From Candidatus Bathyarchaeota archaeon (GTDB lineage Archaea > Thermoproteota > Bathyarchaeia > Bathyarchaeales > Bathycorpusculaceae), in the NCBI GenBank assembly GCA_963775465.1, contig CAVZIW010000012.1, forward strand, positions 1-64,000: a stretch of 64,000 nt of DNA, given 5' to 3'. This document shows, in pieces, positions 28,819 through 38,974 of this stretch. Both the position numbers and the translations under genes were made by a program. The notes under the pieces are model-generated. The model was given only the letters and a program-made list of their open reading frames with translations, was not told where the DNA came from and did no database searches. Within the stretch, counting starts at the first letter, position 1, and each line of letters opens with the position of its first letter.

Positions 28819-30735
28819 TTACTTTTGTTTCGCCTTTATGGCAGCGAGCTTTCCACCCACTCTAACCATGCTTCTCTCCATTTCGCTGAGGTTTAAATTC
28901 ACTTTATACTCTGTACCCTTGGTCAGATTCTTTACAAGCAAGTGCTCCTTTAAATCATCAGTTGCCAAATCTAGCTCATCTCCCTGATCAACCCCAGAGT
29001 AGTCATCTTTGCTATCAAAAGTTAAAGGTAAAATACCAAAATTCACAAGGTTAGCCATATGTATTCTAGCAAAAGATTTGGCGATTATTGCTCTTATCCC
29101 CAAGTATTTTGGTGCTAAAGCCGCATGCTCCCGAGAAGACCCTTGACCATAATTTTCCCCCCCAACGATAAATCCGCCACCCTTCTCAAGAGCACGTCGA
29201 GCAAACGTCTTATCAACATGAACAAAGGTGAACTTGCTTATTTCAGGAATATTACTTCTCAGCGACATTATTTCTGAACCACCAGGCAAAATGTCATCGG
29301 TTGAAATATTATCACCTGTCTTAAGCAAAACTTCTCCAGTCAAGTTTTCCATGATTGGCTTAAATGATTGTAAGGGCTTAATGTTGGGACCCCTAACAAC
29401 CTTAACATCCGAAGATTTGGAACTAGGAAAAATAAACATGGCATCACTCAAAACAAAACGCTCCGGCAATAGAATATCAGGGTACTTGCCGAGCTTTCTA
29501 GGATCAGTAATCTTGCCAGTAATTGCTGCTGCAACAGCTGTTTCCGGACTAACCAGGTAGACTTTAGCATCTTGAGTCCCACTACGACCCTTAAAATTCC
29601 GGTTGAACGTTCGTAAAGATACACCCTCGCTTGTTGGAGCTTGTCCAATACCAATACAAGGACCACAAGCATTCTCCAAGATTCGAGCACCTGACTGGAT
29701 TAAGGCTTCAAGCTCACCAGCAACCGCAAGGTTCTGCATAGCTTGTCTTGAACCCGCTGAGACAGTTAAGTTAACGTTTTCATGAACTTTTTTACCCTTC
29801 AAAAGCGCAGAAACAATTTTCAGGTCACGCAAAGAAGAATTGGTGCAGCTTCCAATACAAACCTGATCAACAGGAAGCCCCTCCAAATCGCCTACAGATT
29901 TCACATTGTCAGGGCTATGGGGCAAAGCAATCAAAGGTTCAACTTCTGCAAGATCAATGTTAATAGTTTCCGCGTATTTCGCGCCCTCATCTGCTTTTAG
30001 CTCAGCCCATTGTTCACAACGCCCTTGCGCCAAAAGAAACGCCCTCGTAACTTCGTCAGAAGGAAAAATGGACGTAGTTGCACCCGTTTCAGTACCCATA
30101 TTAGTAATTGTTCCTCGTTCGGGAACACTAAGGGTTATAACACCCTCTCCAACATACTCAAGAATCTTATTTACCCCACCCTTAACGCTAAGCCGGTTCA
30201 AAACTTCAAGTATTATGTCCTTTGCGGAAACAAAAGGGGAAAGCCTGCCTGTTAGGTTAATTTCTGATATCGTTGGCATTTGAAGATAGAAAGGCTCTCC
30301 CGCCATTGCAGCAGCAACATCTAAACCTCCAGCACCTATTGCAATCTCACCCATTCCGCCAGCAGTCGGAGTATGACTGTCACTGCCTAGAAGCGTTACA
30401 TCTGGTTTGGCAAATCGTTCAAGGTACAATTGGTGACAAATACCATTACCTGGCCGAGAAAAAACAACTCCATACTTTGCAGCTACTCCCTGAAGATAAC
30501 GGTGATCATCAGCGTTGCGGAAGTCATTTTGCAGCATGTTATGATCAACAAAACTAAGGCTAAGATCAGTTCTTACTCTTGGCACACCCATTGCTTCAAA
30601 CTCAAGGTAAGCCAAAGTACCTGTAGAATCCTGAGTAAGGGTATGATCTATCTTTAGAGCAATTTCTTGACCGGAAACCATCTCTCCATCAACTAAATGC
30701 TTGGCAATGACTTTTTCCGCAATTGTCTGTCTCAA
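28819..30735 (-). CDS. Aconitate hydratase
   Basis: QDSTGT, DHN, GICHQ, DSHT, IGSCTN, CGPCIG, NRNF.GR, GSSREHA; probable TTG start at 30735. Confidence 0.92.
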   Translation of the reverse strand: MRQTIAEKVIAKHLVDGEMVSGQEIALKIDHTLTQDSTGTLAYLEFEAMGVPRVRTDLSLSFVDHNMLQNDFRNADDHRYLQGVAAKYGVVFSRPGNGICHQLYLERFAKPDVTLLGSDSHTPTAGGMGEIAIGAGGLDVAAAMAGEPFYLQMPTISEINLTGRLSPFVSAKDIILEVLNRLSVKGGVNKILEYVGEGVITLSVPERGTITNMGTETGATTSIFPSDEVTRAFLLAQGRCEQWAELKADEGAKYAETINIDLAEVEPLIALPHSPDNVKSVGDLEGLPVDQVCIGSCTNSSLRDLKIVSALLKGKKVHENVNLTVSAGSRQAMQNLAVAGELEALIQSGARILENACGPCIGIGQAPTSEGVSLRTFNRNFKGRSGTQDAKVYLVSPETAVAAAITGKITDPRKLGKYPDILLPERFVLSDAMFIFPSSKSSDVKVVRGPNIKPLQSFKPIMENLTGEVLLKTGDNISTDDILPGGSEIMSLRSNIPEISKFTFVHVDKTFARRALEKGGGFIVGGENYGQGSSREHAALAPKYLGIRAIIAKSFARIHMANLVNFGILPLTFDSKDDYSGVDQGDELDLATDDLKEHLLVKNLTKGTEYKVNLNLSEMERSMVRVGGKLAAIKAKQK

Positions 30736-30867
30736 CCTTATCCCTCTATACAGTTTTTGTATACGCCAAATTGGAAGCAGAGAAATTTTAATGTTCGCAT
30801 CAAACTTTTCCAATTAAACATTTTTCAGCGAAAAAATGAAATAGGCAAGCGCCCACAATAAAGCAAG

Positions 30868-31644
30868 ATGACAATGATGTCGTTTAAGCTGAAAATGCAG
30901 GAAGCAGCAAAAAGCAAGAATTCACGAATAATTTTAGCATTAGATTTGCCTTTTGCACCCATCGAGAACCGTGACATGATTCTGGTAAAAGCACAAAAAA
31001 TCCTCGAAGCTGTTCATCCCTACATCTGTGCAGTAAAGATCAATCATCACCTAACACTTCCATTAGGCACCTTTGATGGCGTCAGCCAATTGGTAGAACA
31101 AATTCGGGGTCAAGGAATGCTGACGATTATGGATGCCAAAGTAAACGACATAGGCAACACCAACCAAGTAATTGCAGAATACTATTTTGCCGCAGGTTTT
31201 GACGCTATCATCGCAAATCCATTTGTAGGCTGGGAAGAAGGCTTAAAGCCACTCTTTGATGTATCCAAACGACTTAACCGTGGCGTAATCTTACTCACTT
31301 ACATGAGCCACAAAGGTGCAAACGAAGGATACGGACAAACAATAATCGATCCTGAAACTGGCGAAAAAACTCCACAGTACGTAACATTTGCCAAAAAAGC
31401 CCTAAAATGGGGCGCCGACGGCGTTGTAGTTGGAGCAACTGTTCCCCAGAAAATCGCTGAAGTTAAACAAATTCTCGGCAACGAAGCAGCAATTTACTCG
31501 CCAGGCGTTGGAACACAAGGCGGCGGAGCAGAAATAGCGATTAAAGCCGGCGCAGCTTACCTAATCGTCGGTAGAGAAATAGCCTCAGCAGTCGATCCAG
31601 CACAAGCCGCACAGGAATTGTGCGATTCAACAAAAGGAATATAG
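30868..31644 (+). CDS. pyrF: Orotidine 5'-phosphate decarboxylase
   Basis: ILALD, DAKVNDIGNT, SPGVGTQGG, IVGR. Confidence 0.93.
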   Translation: MTMMSFKLKMQEAAKSKNSRIILALDLPFAPIENRDMILVKAQKILEAVHPYICAVKINHHLTLPLGTFDGVSQLVEQIRGQGMLTIMDAKVNDIGNTNQVIAEYYFAAGFDAIIANPFVGWEEGLKPLFDVSKRLNRGVILLTYMSHKGANEGYGQTIIDPETGEKTPQYVTFAKKALKWGADGVVVGATVPQKIAEVKQILGNEAAIYSPGVGTQGGGAEIAIKAGAAYLIVGREIASAVDPAQAAQELCDSTKGI

Positions 31645-31648
31645 CAGT

Positions 31649-31804
31649 TTATCTGCCGCGTTTATTTTCCCAAAGCTCCTTCTTGAGCAGGTCACGAACA
31701 GAGGAGCGGATTACGCTGCTTCTGCTTGGATACATATTTGCTCGAACTAATTCATCTAAACCTTCCAGATAAGCTTCTGGCAAAAGCACAGTTACCAATT
31801 TCAT
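31649..31804 (-). CDS. Ribbon-helix-helix regulator (CopG; CdrS/aCcr1-like)
   Basis: Not in ORF track. MKLVTVLLPEAYLEGLDELVRANMYPSRSSVIRSSVRDLLKKELWENKRGR*. Confidence 0.85.
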   Translation of the reverse strand: MKLVTVLLPEAYLEGLDELVRANMYPSRSSVIRSSVRDLLKKELWENKRGR

Positions 31805-31827
31805 TTCTCTTCTTCTCTCCCTAAACT

Positions 31828-31845
31828 ATGTTAGCGATATAACAT
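31828..31845. promoter_or_regulatory. Inverted repeat ATGTTA-N6-TAACAT upstream of the RHH gene
   Basis: Lies between a minus-strand TTATATTT box and the start codon. Confidence 0.5.
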
Positions 31846-31881
31846 GTGGCAAATATAAGAGTTAGCCCCTAACCTAACCAA

Positions 31882-32724
31882 TCAAAGACTTCTAAGCTGA
31901 TTTAAGGTTCCAAGGTATGTACCATCTAAAAGATAAAGTTCAGAATTATCCACATCCACCGCTTCCGAACGAACAACAGGACCAATCAAAGCTTCCGAAC
32001 CCAATTTTTTTCTAGAACCACTCTCATTTATGGATCTACCACCCAAAAAGTCGTTAAAGCTAGGCATAACATAAACCTCAGATACTCTTAACCTGACATC
32101 ATATTTATTCCGCAGAATTTCGGAAACTGATCCCTCGATTTTTACTCCTTGTTTTTGCAGCAAAATCCTCGCAAGCGCCTCAGAATTACAATTTGCCCTC
32201 ATCCAAACTTGACGAGTAATTTTAAAACCGGCTGGGTCACGAAAAAAAACAACAGGATGCAAATGACCCATAACTAAAGTTTTGCATCCTAAAAGCACCG
32301 GAGAAGGCCACTTGTGCCCATGAAACACACCCACATCACCGATAACTTCCCCAGAGGCTGGCAGCACCTTAACAGACTCAGGCAACAACGGTTCAAGATT
32401 CGCATCATGATTACCCCGAACAACAGATACATCGCTAACACAGCTTTGAATTTTCTTGAAGAAATCAGGGATATCCTGCCACTCACCCAACTTACTTGAA
32501 ACCACCGTGTATTTTACGTCTCCCAAAATAACGAGTCTATCAGGCGCGTATTCGATTACGACTTTGAGGAGTTTGTTTAGAATTTTGTCGGTTTGGCTAG
32601 GTACATGGATTCCCCTTTCTTGAAGGGCCAATTCCCAACCTATGTGTGGGTCAGCAATTAAAAGGGTTTTAGTCTTTTCGTTTTTTACCATAGCCGCTGG
32701 GTTGGGCAAAAGCAAGCTTAACAT
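31882..32724 (-). CDS. Metallophosphoesterase
   Basis: ADPHIG, LGDVK, RGNHD, FHGH, MGHLHP, MPSFN. Confidence 0.9.
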   Translation of the reverse strand: MLSLLLPNPAAMVKNEKTKTLLIADPHIGWELALQERGIHVPSQTDKILNKLLKVVIEYAPDRLVILGDVKYTVVSSKLGEWQDIPDFFKKIQSCVSDVSVVRGNHDANLEPLLPESVKVLPASGEVIGDVGVFHGHKWPSPVLLGCKTLVMGHLHPVVFFRDPAGFKITRQVWMRANCNSEALARILLQKQGVKIEGSVSEILRNKYDVRLRVSEVYVMPSFNDFLGGRSINESGSRKKLGSEALIGPVVRSEAVDVDNSELYLLDGTYLGTLNQLRSL

Positions 32725-33545
32725 TACTTAACCAAACTGAGGATTTTTTTATGAATCTCCATGTTAGCTGAGGCAACAAAGCTGAGGGTTTGCTTGGGAT
32801 CTAACTTTACGTTTATTGGCCTGTTACATGAATCAGTTACAATTCCCCCAGCTTCTTTCACAATCAAAAAGCCCGCTGCAACGTCGGTTGTTCGAATTTT
32901 CTGTCGCAAATCTACGAAGGCATCTGTTAAGCCGGCCGCTACAAAACAAACCTCAGGTGCATTAGCGCCAAAATGCCTTGTGTGCTTAATGTTTTCAAAC
33001 AGCGCTGCAACAACAGGCAAATCAACTTTGGTTTTGTAAGAATTAAAATCTACACCTATCACCGCTTCATCCAAAGTTGATATTTTGGAAGTTGCGATTC
33101 GTTTGCCGTTGCTGTAAGCACCTTTGCCTAGAAACGCTGTATAAGCGATGTCGTGGTAGATGTCAACCACCATGCCTGCATGAACATCGGATAGTTCTGG
33201 TTTGTTGGAAACTGCTATTGAGGAAGCATAAAAGGGCAGCCCATGCATCAGGTTGGTTGTACCGTCAATGGGATCAACAGTGACAAAGCACTCATTAGGG
33301 TGGGCACCTATTTTTTTAATGCCTGACTCCTCACTAACCAGCGTAAACGATAATCCATATCCTTCCAGCGTGTCAACAATAGCTTTTTCCGCTGCCAAAT
33401 CCACGGGTTTCATTGAATCCCCACCTGCTCCCGTTCCCAAGTTCGGCAAAGGCTCATGAAGCCTTTTGAGGCATGGTTCGATAGCAATCGGGATATTAAC
33501 TTTAAGTTCTGCAAAGATTGATGGCCAATCAATTTCTGACATCAT
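32724..33545 (-). CDS. Inositol monophosphatase / FBPase family protein
   Basis: SEESG, VDPIDGTTN, DVAAG..IV.EAGG. Confidence 0.9.
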   Translation of the reverse strand: MMSEIDWPSIFAELKVNIPIAIEPCLKRLHEPLPNLGTGAGGDSMKPVDLAAEKAIVDTLEGYGLSFTLVSEESGIKKIGAHPNECFVTVDPIDGTTNLMHGLPFYASSIAVSNKPELSDVHAGMVVDIYHDIAYTAFLGKGAYSNGKRIATSKISTLDEAVIGVDFNSYKTKVDLPVVAALFENIKHTRHFGANAPEVCFVAAGLTDAFVDLRQKIRTTDVAAGFLIVKEAGGIVTDSCNRPINVKLDPKQTLSFVASANMEIHKKILSLVK

Positions 33546-33751
33546 TTGTTAACCTTCAATTCCTATATCTGCGGTCAAGTTGATAAATGCAATACCATCA
33601 ATACGCCGTCAATTAAGATCATAAGTTAACATCACCACTAAAATAACCAATTTCTAAGGTTGTTTATCTAAAATCTGTCAAGATGAAAAGCAGAAAACCA
33701 TGAAAACTCTTAAATCATACAATTCCCAACTCAGAAAGCAAGGTCTGGGTT

Positions 33752-34756
33752 ATGTCATCGAACACAAAGCTTGAAATTCAAAGCTATGACGATAACGAAA
33801 AGATGTTTTACGTAAAATCGCCTTCTGGCAACGTGGTGAAGGTTGAAGACACCTTCGCTGAAATGTTTGCACTTTGGGCAGGCAGAGTTCTAATCACAGC
33901 TCAAAACGAAAAATGGGCACAAATCGCTGCAAGCTTAACCACAGGGTTCGCAACAAGCGTAATTGCAGCCTCCGCAGAAGCATCCATAGAGCGAGCAGTC
34001 CCAGCAGATCAAACACCAGACAAACGCCCAGGAGTTCTTATCCAAATCTACAACAGAGATCGATTTGAACTTAAACATCAACTCATGGAACGCATCGGTC
34101 AATGTACCTTAACCTGCCCGACAACAGCAGCCTTCAACGGATTACTCGGTAAACGCACCTTAAACGTCGGCAGCAGCCTCCGCTACTTCGGCGACGGCTT
34201 CCAAAAGAAAGCCATGGTTGGTGGAAGAAAATGCTGGAAAATTCCAGTCATGGAAGGCAACTTTATCGTAGAAGATGGATTTGGAGCAATGGAGGGAGTT
34301 GCAGGCGGTAACTTTATGATTTTTGCATCAACCCAAGAAGCTGGTCTTAAAGCAGCAGAAGCTGCGGCTGACGCGATTCGCGCGAATGCTCCTGACGTAA
34401 TTATGATTTTCCCAGGCGGAATTTGCCGCGCAGGAAGCAAAGCAGGCTCCCTCAAATACAAGCTAAAAGCGTCAACTAATCATCCATATTGTCCAACATT
34501 GCGCACTATAGTGCCAGATACAGTAGTTCCAGAAGGCGTACAGTGCGTATATGAAATTGTCATAAACGGTCTGTCCTTGGATGCAGTTAAGAAAGGAATA
34601 AAGGAAGGCGTAACCGCAGCAATCGATGTTCCAGGTGTAGTAAAAATTTCGTCAGGCAACTACGGCGGCAAATTAGGACCTTTTAAGGCGTATCTCCGTG
34701 ATTCAATTGGTGCACCTGCACCTGAAATAGAAACAACGCCGCCTGCCAAGGCATAA
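33752..34756 (+). CDS. ftr: Formylmethanofuran:tetrahydromethanopterin formyltransferase
   Basis: EDTFAEMF, TGFATSVI, TPDKRPG, RIGQCTLTCPTTA, FGDGFQ, EIVING, GNYGGKLG. Confidence 0.92.
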   Translation: MSSNTKLEIQSYDDNEKMFYVKSPSGNVVKVEDTFAEMFALWAGRVLITAQNEKWAQIAASLTTGFATSVIAASAEASIERAVPADQTPDKRPGVLIQIYNRDRFELKHQLMERIGQCTLTCPTTAAFNGLLGKRTLNVGSSLRYFGDGFQKKAMVGGRKCWKIPVMEGNFIVEDGFGAMEGVAGGNFMIFASTQEAGLKAAEAAADAIRANAPDVIMIFPGGICRAGSKAGSLKYKLKASTNHPYCPTLRTIVPDTVVPEGVQCVYEIVINGLSLDAVKKGIKEGVTAAIDVPGVVKISSGNYGGKLGPFKAYLRDSIGAPAPEIETTPPAKA

Positions 34757-34839
34757 GCTTAAGCTCCCGTTTTTCAGTCGGAACTTTTATTTGACCGTTA
34801 TTAACGTAAGTTATCCAATTAATCCATATTAAGTGAATA

Positions 34840-36111
34840 TTGTTGAGTTCGACAAAGAAAACCTCTCTTGAACTATTCAGACTACGAAAAATACTAAACG
34901 CCCTAGCCAGCAAAGAGGGCAGTCACACCGAACTCATCACAATCTACGTACCCCCAGACAAACAAATCAGCGACGCATTAAACCTACTGCGTAACGAGTA
35001 CGGAACCGCCAGCAACATCAAATCCAACGTTACCCGCAAAAACGTACTTGACGCCATTACAAAAGCGCAGCAAAAACTCAAACTCTTCAAAGACCCAGGC
35101 GAAAAAGGCATCGTTATCTTTACTGGCGCCCTGCCACAGGAAGGCGGTGGACCTGGAACTGAACGCATGGAATCATATGTTATTGTTCCTCCTGAACCCA
35201 TTAGAATTTTCCTTTACCGTTGTGACAGCCGGTTTCACACAGAACACCTTCAGGAGATGCTTCGGGAAAAAGAAACCTACGGTATCTTACTCGTGGATGC
35301 TTCGAACGCTACAATTGCCACTTTACAAGGAAAGCGTTTGCAGATTGTCCGCGAAATGCATTCAGGTGTTGCAGGCAAAACTAGGGCGGGAGGTCAATCC
35401 GCAAGACGTTATGAACGGTTGCGGGACATGCAACTAAACGAGTACTTTACACGTGTAGGACAACATGCTAATGAGACTTTTCTAGGCATAGACACCCTCA
35501 AAGGTCTAATAATCGGAGGACCTGGACCTACCAAATATGATTTTGAGAAAGGCGAGTATCTTAATTATCAATTAAAGAACAAAATCATAGACACCCTTGA
35601 CACAGCGTATGTCGAGGAACAAGGCGTCAAAGAAGTCGTAGATAAAGCACCTGAAATCATGAAGAAAGTCCGCTATATCGAAGAAAAAGCCATTATGCAA
35701 AAATTTCTCTACGAGGTCGGACACGACACTGGCTTGATAACTTACGGCGAAACCGAAGTTCGAAGGTTATTACAGTCAGGCGCAGTTCGAACTCTTTTAA
35801 TGTCTGAGGAAGTAGATTTGGTTCGTGTCACCGTCAAGTGTAGTGCTTGCAATTATGAAGAACAGCACACAGTTAAAGTGAAAGATTTGGAGAATTTTGA
35901 AAAAGGCTTAATTGGAAAGCCTTGCTCTTCTTGTCAAGCGCCTTCCATGACGATAATTGACAAAAAAGATGCCGTGGACGACTTAGCTGATTTGGCTGAA
36001 ATTTCAAATACAGACGTGGAGATAATTTCAGGAGAAACTGAAGAAGGGCAAATGTTGAAAAACGCTTTCGGCGGTATTGCTGCGATTTTACGCTTCAAAA
36101 TCCAAGGATAA
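34840..36111 (+). CDS. prf1: Peptide chain release factor aRF1
   Basis: TASNIKS, YRCDSRF, GGQSARR, AFGGIAAILRF. Confidence 0.96.
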   Translation: MLSSTKKTSLELFRLRKILNALASKEGSHTELITIYVPPDKQISDALNLLRNEYGTASNIKSNVTRKNVLDAITKAQQKLKLFKDPGEKGIVIFTGALPQEGGGPGTERMESYVIVPPEPIRIFLYRCDSRFHTEHLQEMLREKETYGILLVDASNATIATLQGKRLQIVREMHSGVAGKTRAGGQSARRYERLRDMQLNEYFTRVGQHANETFLGIDTLKGLIIGGPGPTKYDFEKGEYLNYQLKNKIIDTLDTAYVEEQGVKEVVDKAPEIMKKVRYIEEKAIMQKFLYEVGHDTGLITYGETEVRRLLQSGAVRTLLMSEEVDLVRVTVKCSACNYEEQHTVKVKDLENFEKGLIGKPCSSCQAPSMTIIDKKDAVDDLADLAEISNTDVEIISGETEEGQMLKNAFGGIAAILRFKIQG

Positions 36112-36375
36112 TTTTTTTTGCTTAATTATCTTTTAAGGCACTTTGGCCTTGATGAAAACAGTTGACTTCAATGTTAATCTTCTACCTAAATTAAAATATT
36201 GACCTTAATTATTTCAGAGAAAAATCTGTTCCGAAAAGACTCGATAGCCTAAGGGGGTAAGGTGAGGGATTAGCCCTCTTTCTTTTGTTACTAGGCAAAT
36301 ACCATTTTTTTCCTTATAAGGGATATTTCTATTTTTGACATATCAAAGAATGAAAGAGTATTGATTAAAAGAAGA

Positions 36376-36675
36376 TCAACTAATTTTGTCAACGTTATAG
36401 ACTGAGCTTCGAAGTGCGTCTTCAATAGTCTCTTTTTTTGCGTCTTTCAATAGCAGAACTTTCTGTTTAGAAGTGAGTCCTGAAACGATTCCCACTCTAG
36501 AACCCAATAGTTTTGTTAACTCCTTTGCGATTTCTTTATTTACCCTACCCTTGATGGGCTCTTCTGTGGAGTAGACAATGATTTCGTTGTCGCTAAATTC
36601 TATTTTGAATTTGGAAGAGTTGGGTTTAACAAAAATCTTCAGTATCGTACCTTCGCTAGTTTGTGTGATGCTCAT
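36376..36675 (-). CDS. DUF167 (YggU-like) protein
   Basis: VKPNS, P..GRVN.E, IVSGLTSKQK; ATGA overlap with the topoisomerase stop. Confidence 0.85.
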   Translation of the reverse strand: MSITQTSEGTILKIFVKPNSSKFKIEFSDNEIIVYSTEEPIKGRVNKEIAKELTKLLGSRVGIVSGLTSKQKVLLLKDAKKETIEDALRSSVYNVDKIS

Positions 36676-38348
36676 GGAGTAATGCACTCGCACTCAGAAG
36701 GCACTTTAGTTTTTCCCTGTAGTGCCCAACTGAATTTGTTTCTCAGTGTTTGAGGGTAAAATTTTTCGATATCAAATTTGACTTTCCTTCCCCATTTGAC
36801 GTATGCTGTGGGGTCAATGTAGGATTTGAGAGATGTACCAAGGTTGTATTCGCCTGTTAACTTTGTTAGTTGTAAGTCAAGTTTTGCTTTTTCGATGCGG
36901 GTTTCCAGTGATTCGGTTTTTTTGCCTGCCGCTTTTTTTATTTTTAAAGTAGCCTGCAGGTTTTTAATTTTTTGTTCTTTGTCTGCAACACGTTTTTCAA
37001 ATGTAGGGGGTATCTTGCGTTTGTGATTAGCAACTTCGGCTACTTTAAAATTGGCCATTTTTGCAGCAAATTTCTTTTTATAATCGGGGTCGTTTTTGGT
37101 AACGCCGCTTTTTTGGAGTTCTTCTTTAACGGTTTTGGTACAGCGCCAAGTTCTGAAGACTTTTGCGGTTAGTTTAGGCATTTTTTCGGATAAGAATCGG
37201 CTGACTTTTTTGCTGTCAATTCCTTGGAAGAGGTATTCTTTGCTGGTATCTTTCATGAATTCTTGGATGTTTTTTATTACTGTTGGAGGAGCTTTGTATT
37301 CTTTGATCCAACGCACGCTATCTTTGCCCAGAAAGTCAAAATGAAGGGTGTCACCTTTAATCATTATATGTTCGCTTCGCAGTGTAATTGCACCTACTGT
37401 GTCTGCTTCGTCAGGATCTTTTTCGTCTCCAACCCTCATATTGGGAACCAAAATAAGCCAAGAAACCGTAGCAACTTTACGTTTTTCAATATCTTTTGAT
37501 ATGAGGTTTTTTAGTATGTATGATTCGATTTGTTTGATTTGTCTGCCTAATGTCTCTGCTTTTTTGAATTTTTCTTTCTCACGATTCTGTTTAAGGAATG
37601 CAGTGTCGCTGAACCAAACATACTTGGTTTTTTTAGTAAGTTTGTCTTCCCATTTTGCGACGTACATCTTGTCTGGTTCCCAAACGATTCCTTTCCAGTT
37701 TCCGTGGGGACGTGGGACCAAAAGGTTTCCTTTTTTGTCTTTGGGTAAGTTCAAAATAATGTCTTGTTCATTTGGACCTTGCTTCCATTTACCTCGTTGT
37801 GGGTGATCGCCACGTCCAGCAAAAAGACACGAAGGTTCCGCTGTCCAGTTAGCGATCTCTAATTTTTGTCCGTCAACTTCGGCATAGCCGTATTTTTCTT
37901 TGAGTTTCAATCGTTTGAGTTTGCGTTCTTCAGATTGTTTCTTTTTTTCTTCCTTGCTTAAGGCTTCTTTCTTGATTTTTTCGTCTATTATGAATTTTTT
38001 AATTTGACTAAAATCAATCGCAACATCTTGCTGACCTCCACTGTATTGTGCAGCAGAAAGGTTGTCGATGCTTGAGAGATATTTTGGAATAAATTCATCC
38101 AAGATCTTTGCCGATGGGTTTTCTTTTTGGAGTTGTTGAAGGAATTCGTTCATGAAGTTTTTTGTAAAAACATTGTCTGGAGGCGGTATAGTAGCTGATA
38201 ATACTCTGCGGCTCCATGCAACCGCCATAGGTTCAGATTTATCTGTTAGTTTGATCGGTTGACCTTGAATTTTTATTTGAAAGCCCTTAAAATCGTAATG
38301 TGGAACGTATATGCCGTTGTGTTTAAGATTCTTCATAACATGTTTCAT
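36672..38348 (-). CDS. Type IB DNA topoisomerase (eukaryote-like, single chain)
   Basis: LKHNG, EP..LF.GRG.HP.RG, MRVGDEKD, FLGKDS, AKVFRT, ANH, LGTSLKSYIDP; catalytic R-K-R-H-Y present. Confidence 0.95.
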   Translation of the reverse strand: MKHVMKNLKHNGIYVPHYDFKGFQIKIQGQPIKLTDKSEPMAVAWSRRVLSATIPPPDNVFTKNFMNEFLQQLQKENPSAKILDEFIPKYLSSIDNLSAAQYSGGQQDVAIDFSQIKKFIIDEKIKKEALSKEEKKKQSEERKLKRLKLKEKYGYAEVDGQKLEIANWTAEPSCLFAGRGDHPQRGKWKQGPNEQDIILNLPKDKKGNLLVPRPHGNWKGIVWEPDKMYVAKWEDKLTKKTKYVWFSDTAFLKQNREKEKFKKAETLGRQIKQIESYILKNLISKDIEKRKVATVSWLILVPNMRVGDEKDPDEADTVGAITLRSEHIMIKGDTLHFDFLGKDSVRWIKEYKAPPTVIKNIQEFMKDTSKEYLFQGIDSKKVSRFLSEKMPKLTAKVFRTWRCTKTVKEELQKSGVTKNDPDYKKKFAAKMANFKVAEVANHKRKIPPTFEKRVADKEQKIKNLQATLKIKKAAGKKTESLETRIEKAKLDLQLTKLTGEYNLGTSLKSYIDPTAYVKWGRKVKFDIEKFYPQTLRNKFSWALQGKTKVPSECECITP

Positions 38349-38491
38349 GAATTTGACACCTTTATCGGCAAAGTTTTCTGTCTTGCAACCTATTAGCTAA
38401 TGGATGCTTTTTGTATCTTTCGTTTCAAAAGAATAAAAATTCAGTAATTAATTTTGACACTTAGGAATTAAATTTGAAAATCATTAGATAT

Positions 38492-38899
38492 TTAGGGAAA
38501 AAGAGGTTTCTGCCGCCTTGCTGCCCTGTCGCTTTGCAGTTTTTTATATACTTGTTCAACGTTCTTGCGTTCTACATAGCCTTTGTGAGGACGAAAACCG
38601 CCCGAGAAACCGCCCGGAATATGCATTAATTCGTGAATTAAGGTTCTCTCTCTATCTTCAGGCGACATCCTGTCGAAGATTTCTGAAATGACCTCAATGG
38701 TGTACGATGGTGGAAGGTTCAGAACGCCTTGCCAAATCTTGCCCAACCCATGAATACGAGCTATGGTGCGGCGTGCTTTGCTGCCTTTGCTTCGTACACA
38801 AAAAACAAACTGTGGTACAACATGATAGAATTCGCATTCTTGAGCTAACTGGTCAACTTGTCGTTTTATTTCTGGAGCATCGAAGTATTTTATTGGCAT
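38492..38899 (-). CDS. Putative metallopeptidase
   Basis: ARIHGL, Y.IEVISE.F, IHELMHIP. Confidence 0.8.
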   Translation of the reverse strand: MPIKYFDAPEIKRQVDQLAQECEFYHVVPQFVFCVRSKGSKARRTIARIHGLGKIWQGVLNLPPSYTIEVISEIFDRMSPEDRERTLIHELMHIPGGFSGGFRPHKGYVERKNVEQVYKKLQSDRAARRQKPLFP

Positions 38900-38974
38900 A
38901 TAATCCACCGTTGTTGACTTTGACTGTTCAATGTGTGGTTTGGGTTTAAAAGTTAGACGTTTTTCTCGTTTGTT

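Noticed and set aside
35830-35945. Zn-ribbon insertion in aRF1 as a novelty
   Set aside because: CxxC...CxxC insertions in domain 3 are common among archaeal aRF1 proteins.
36245-36300. Possible structured RNA (GAGGG-ATTAG-CCCTC hairpin within GCCTA...TAGGC)
   Set aside because: Short stems and no recognisable family; may be a terminator region between convergent genes.
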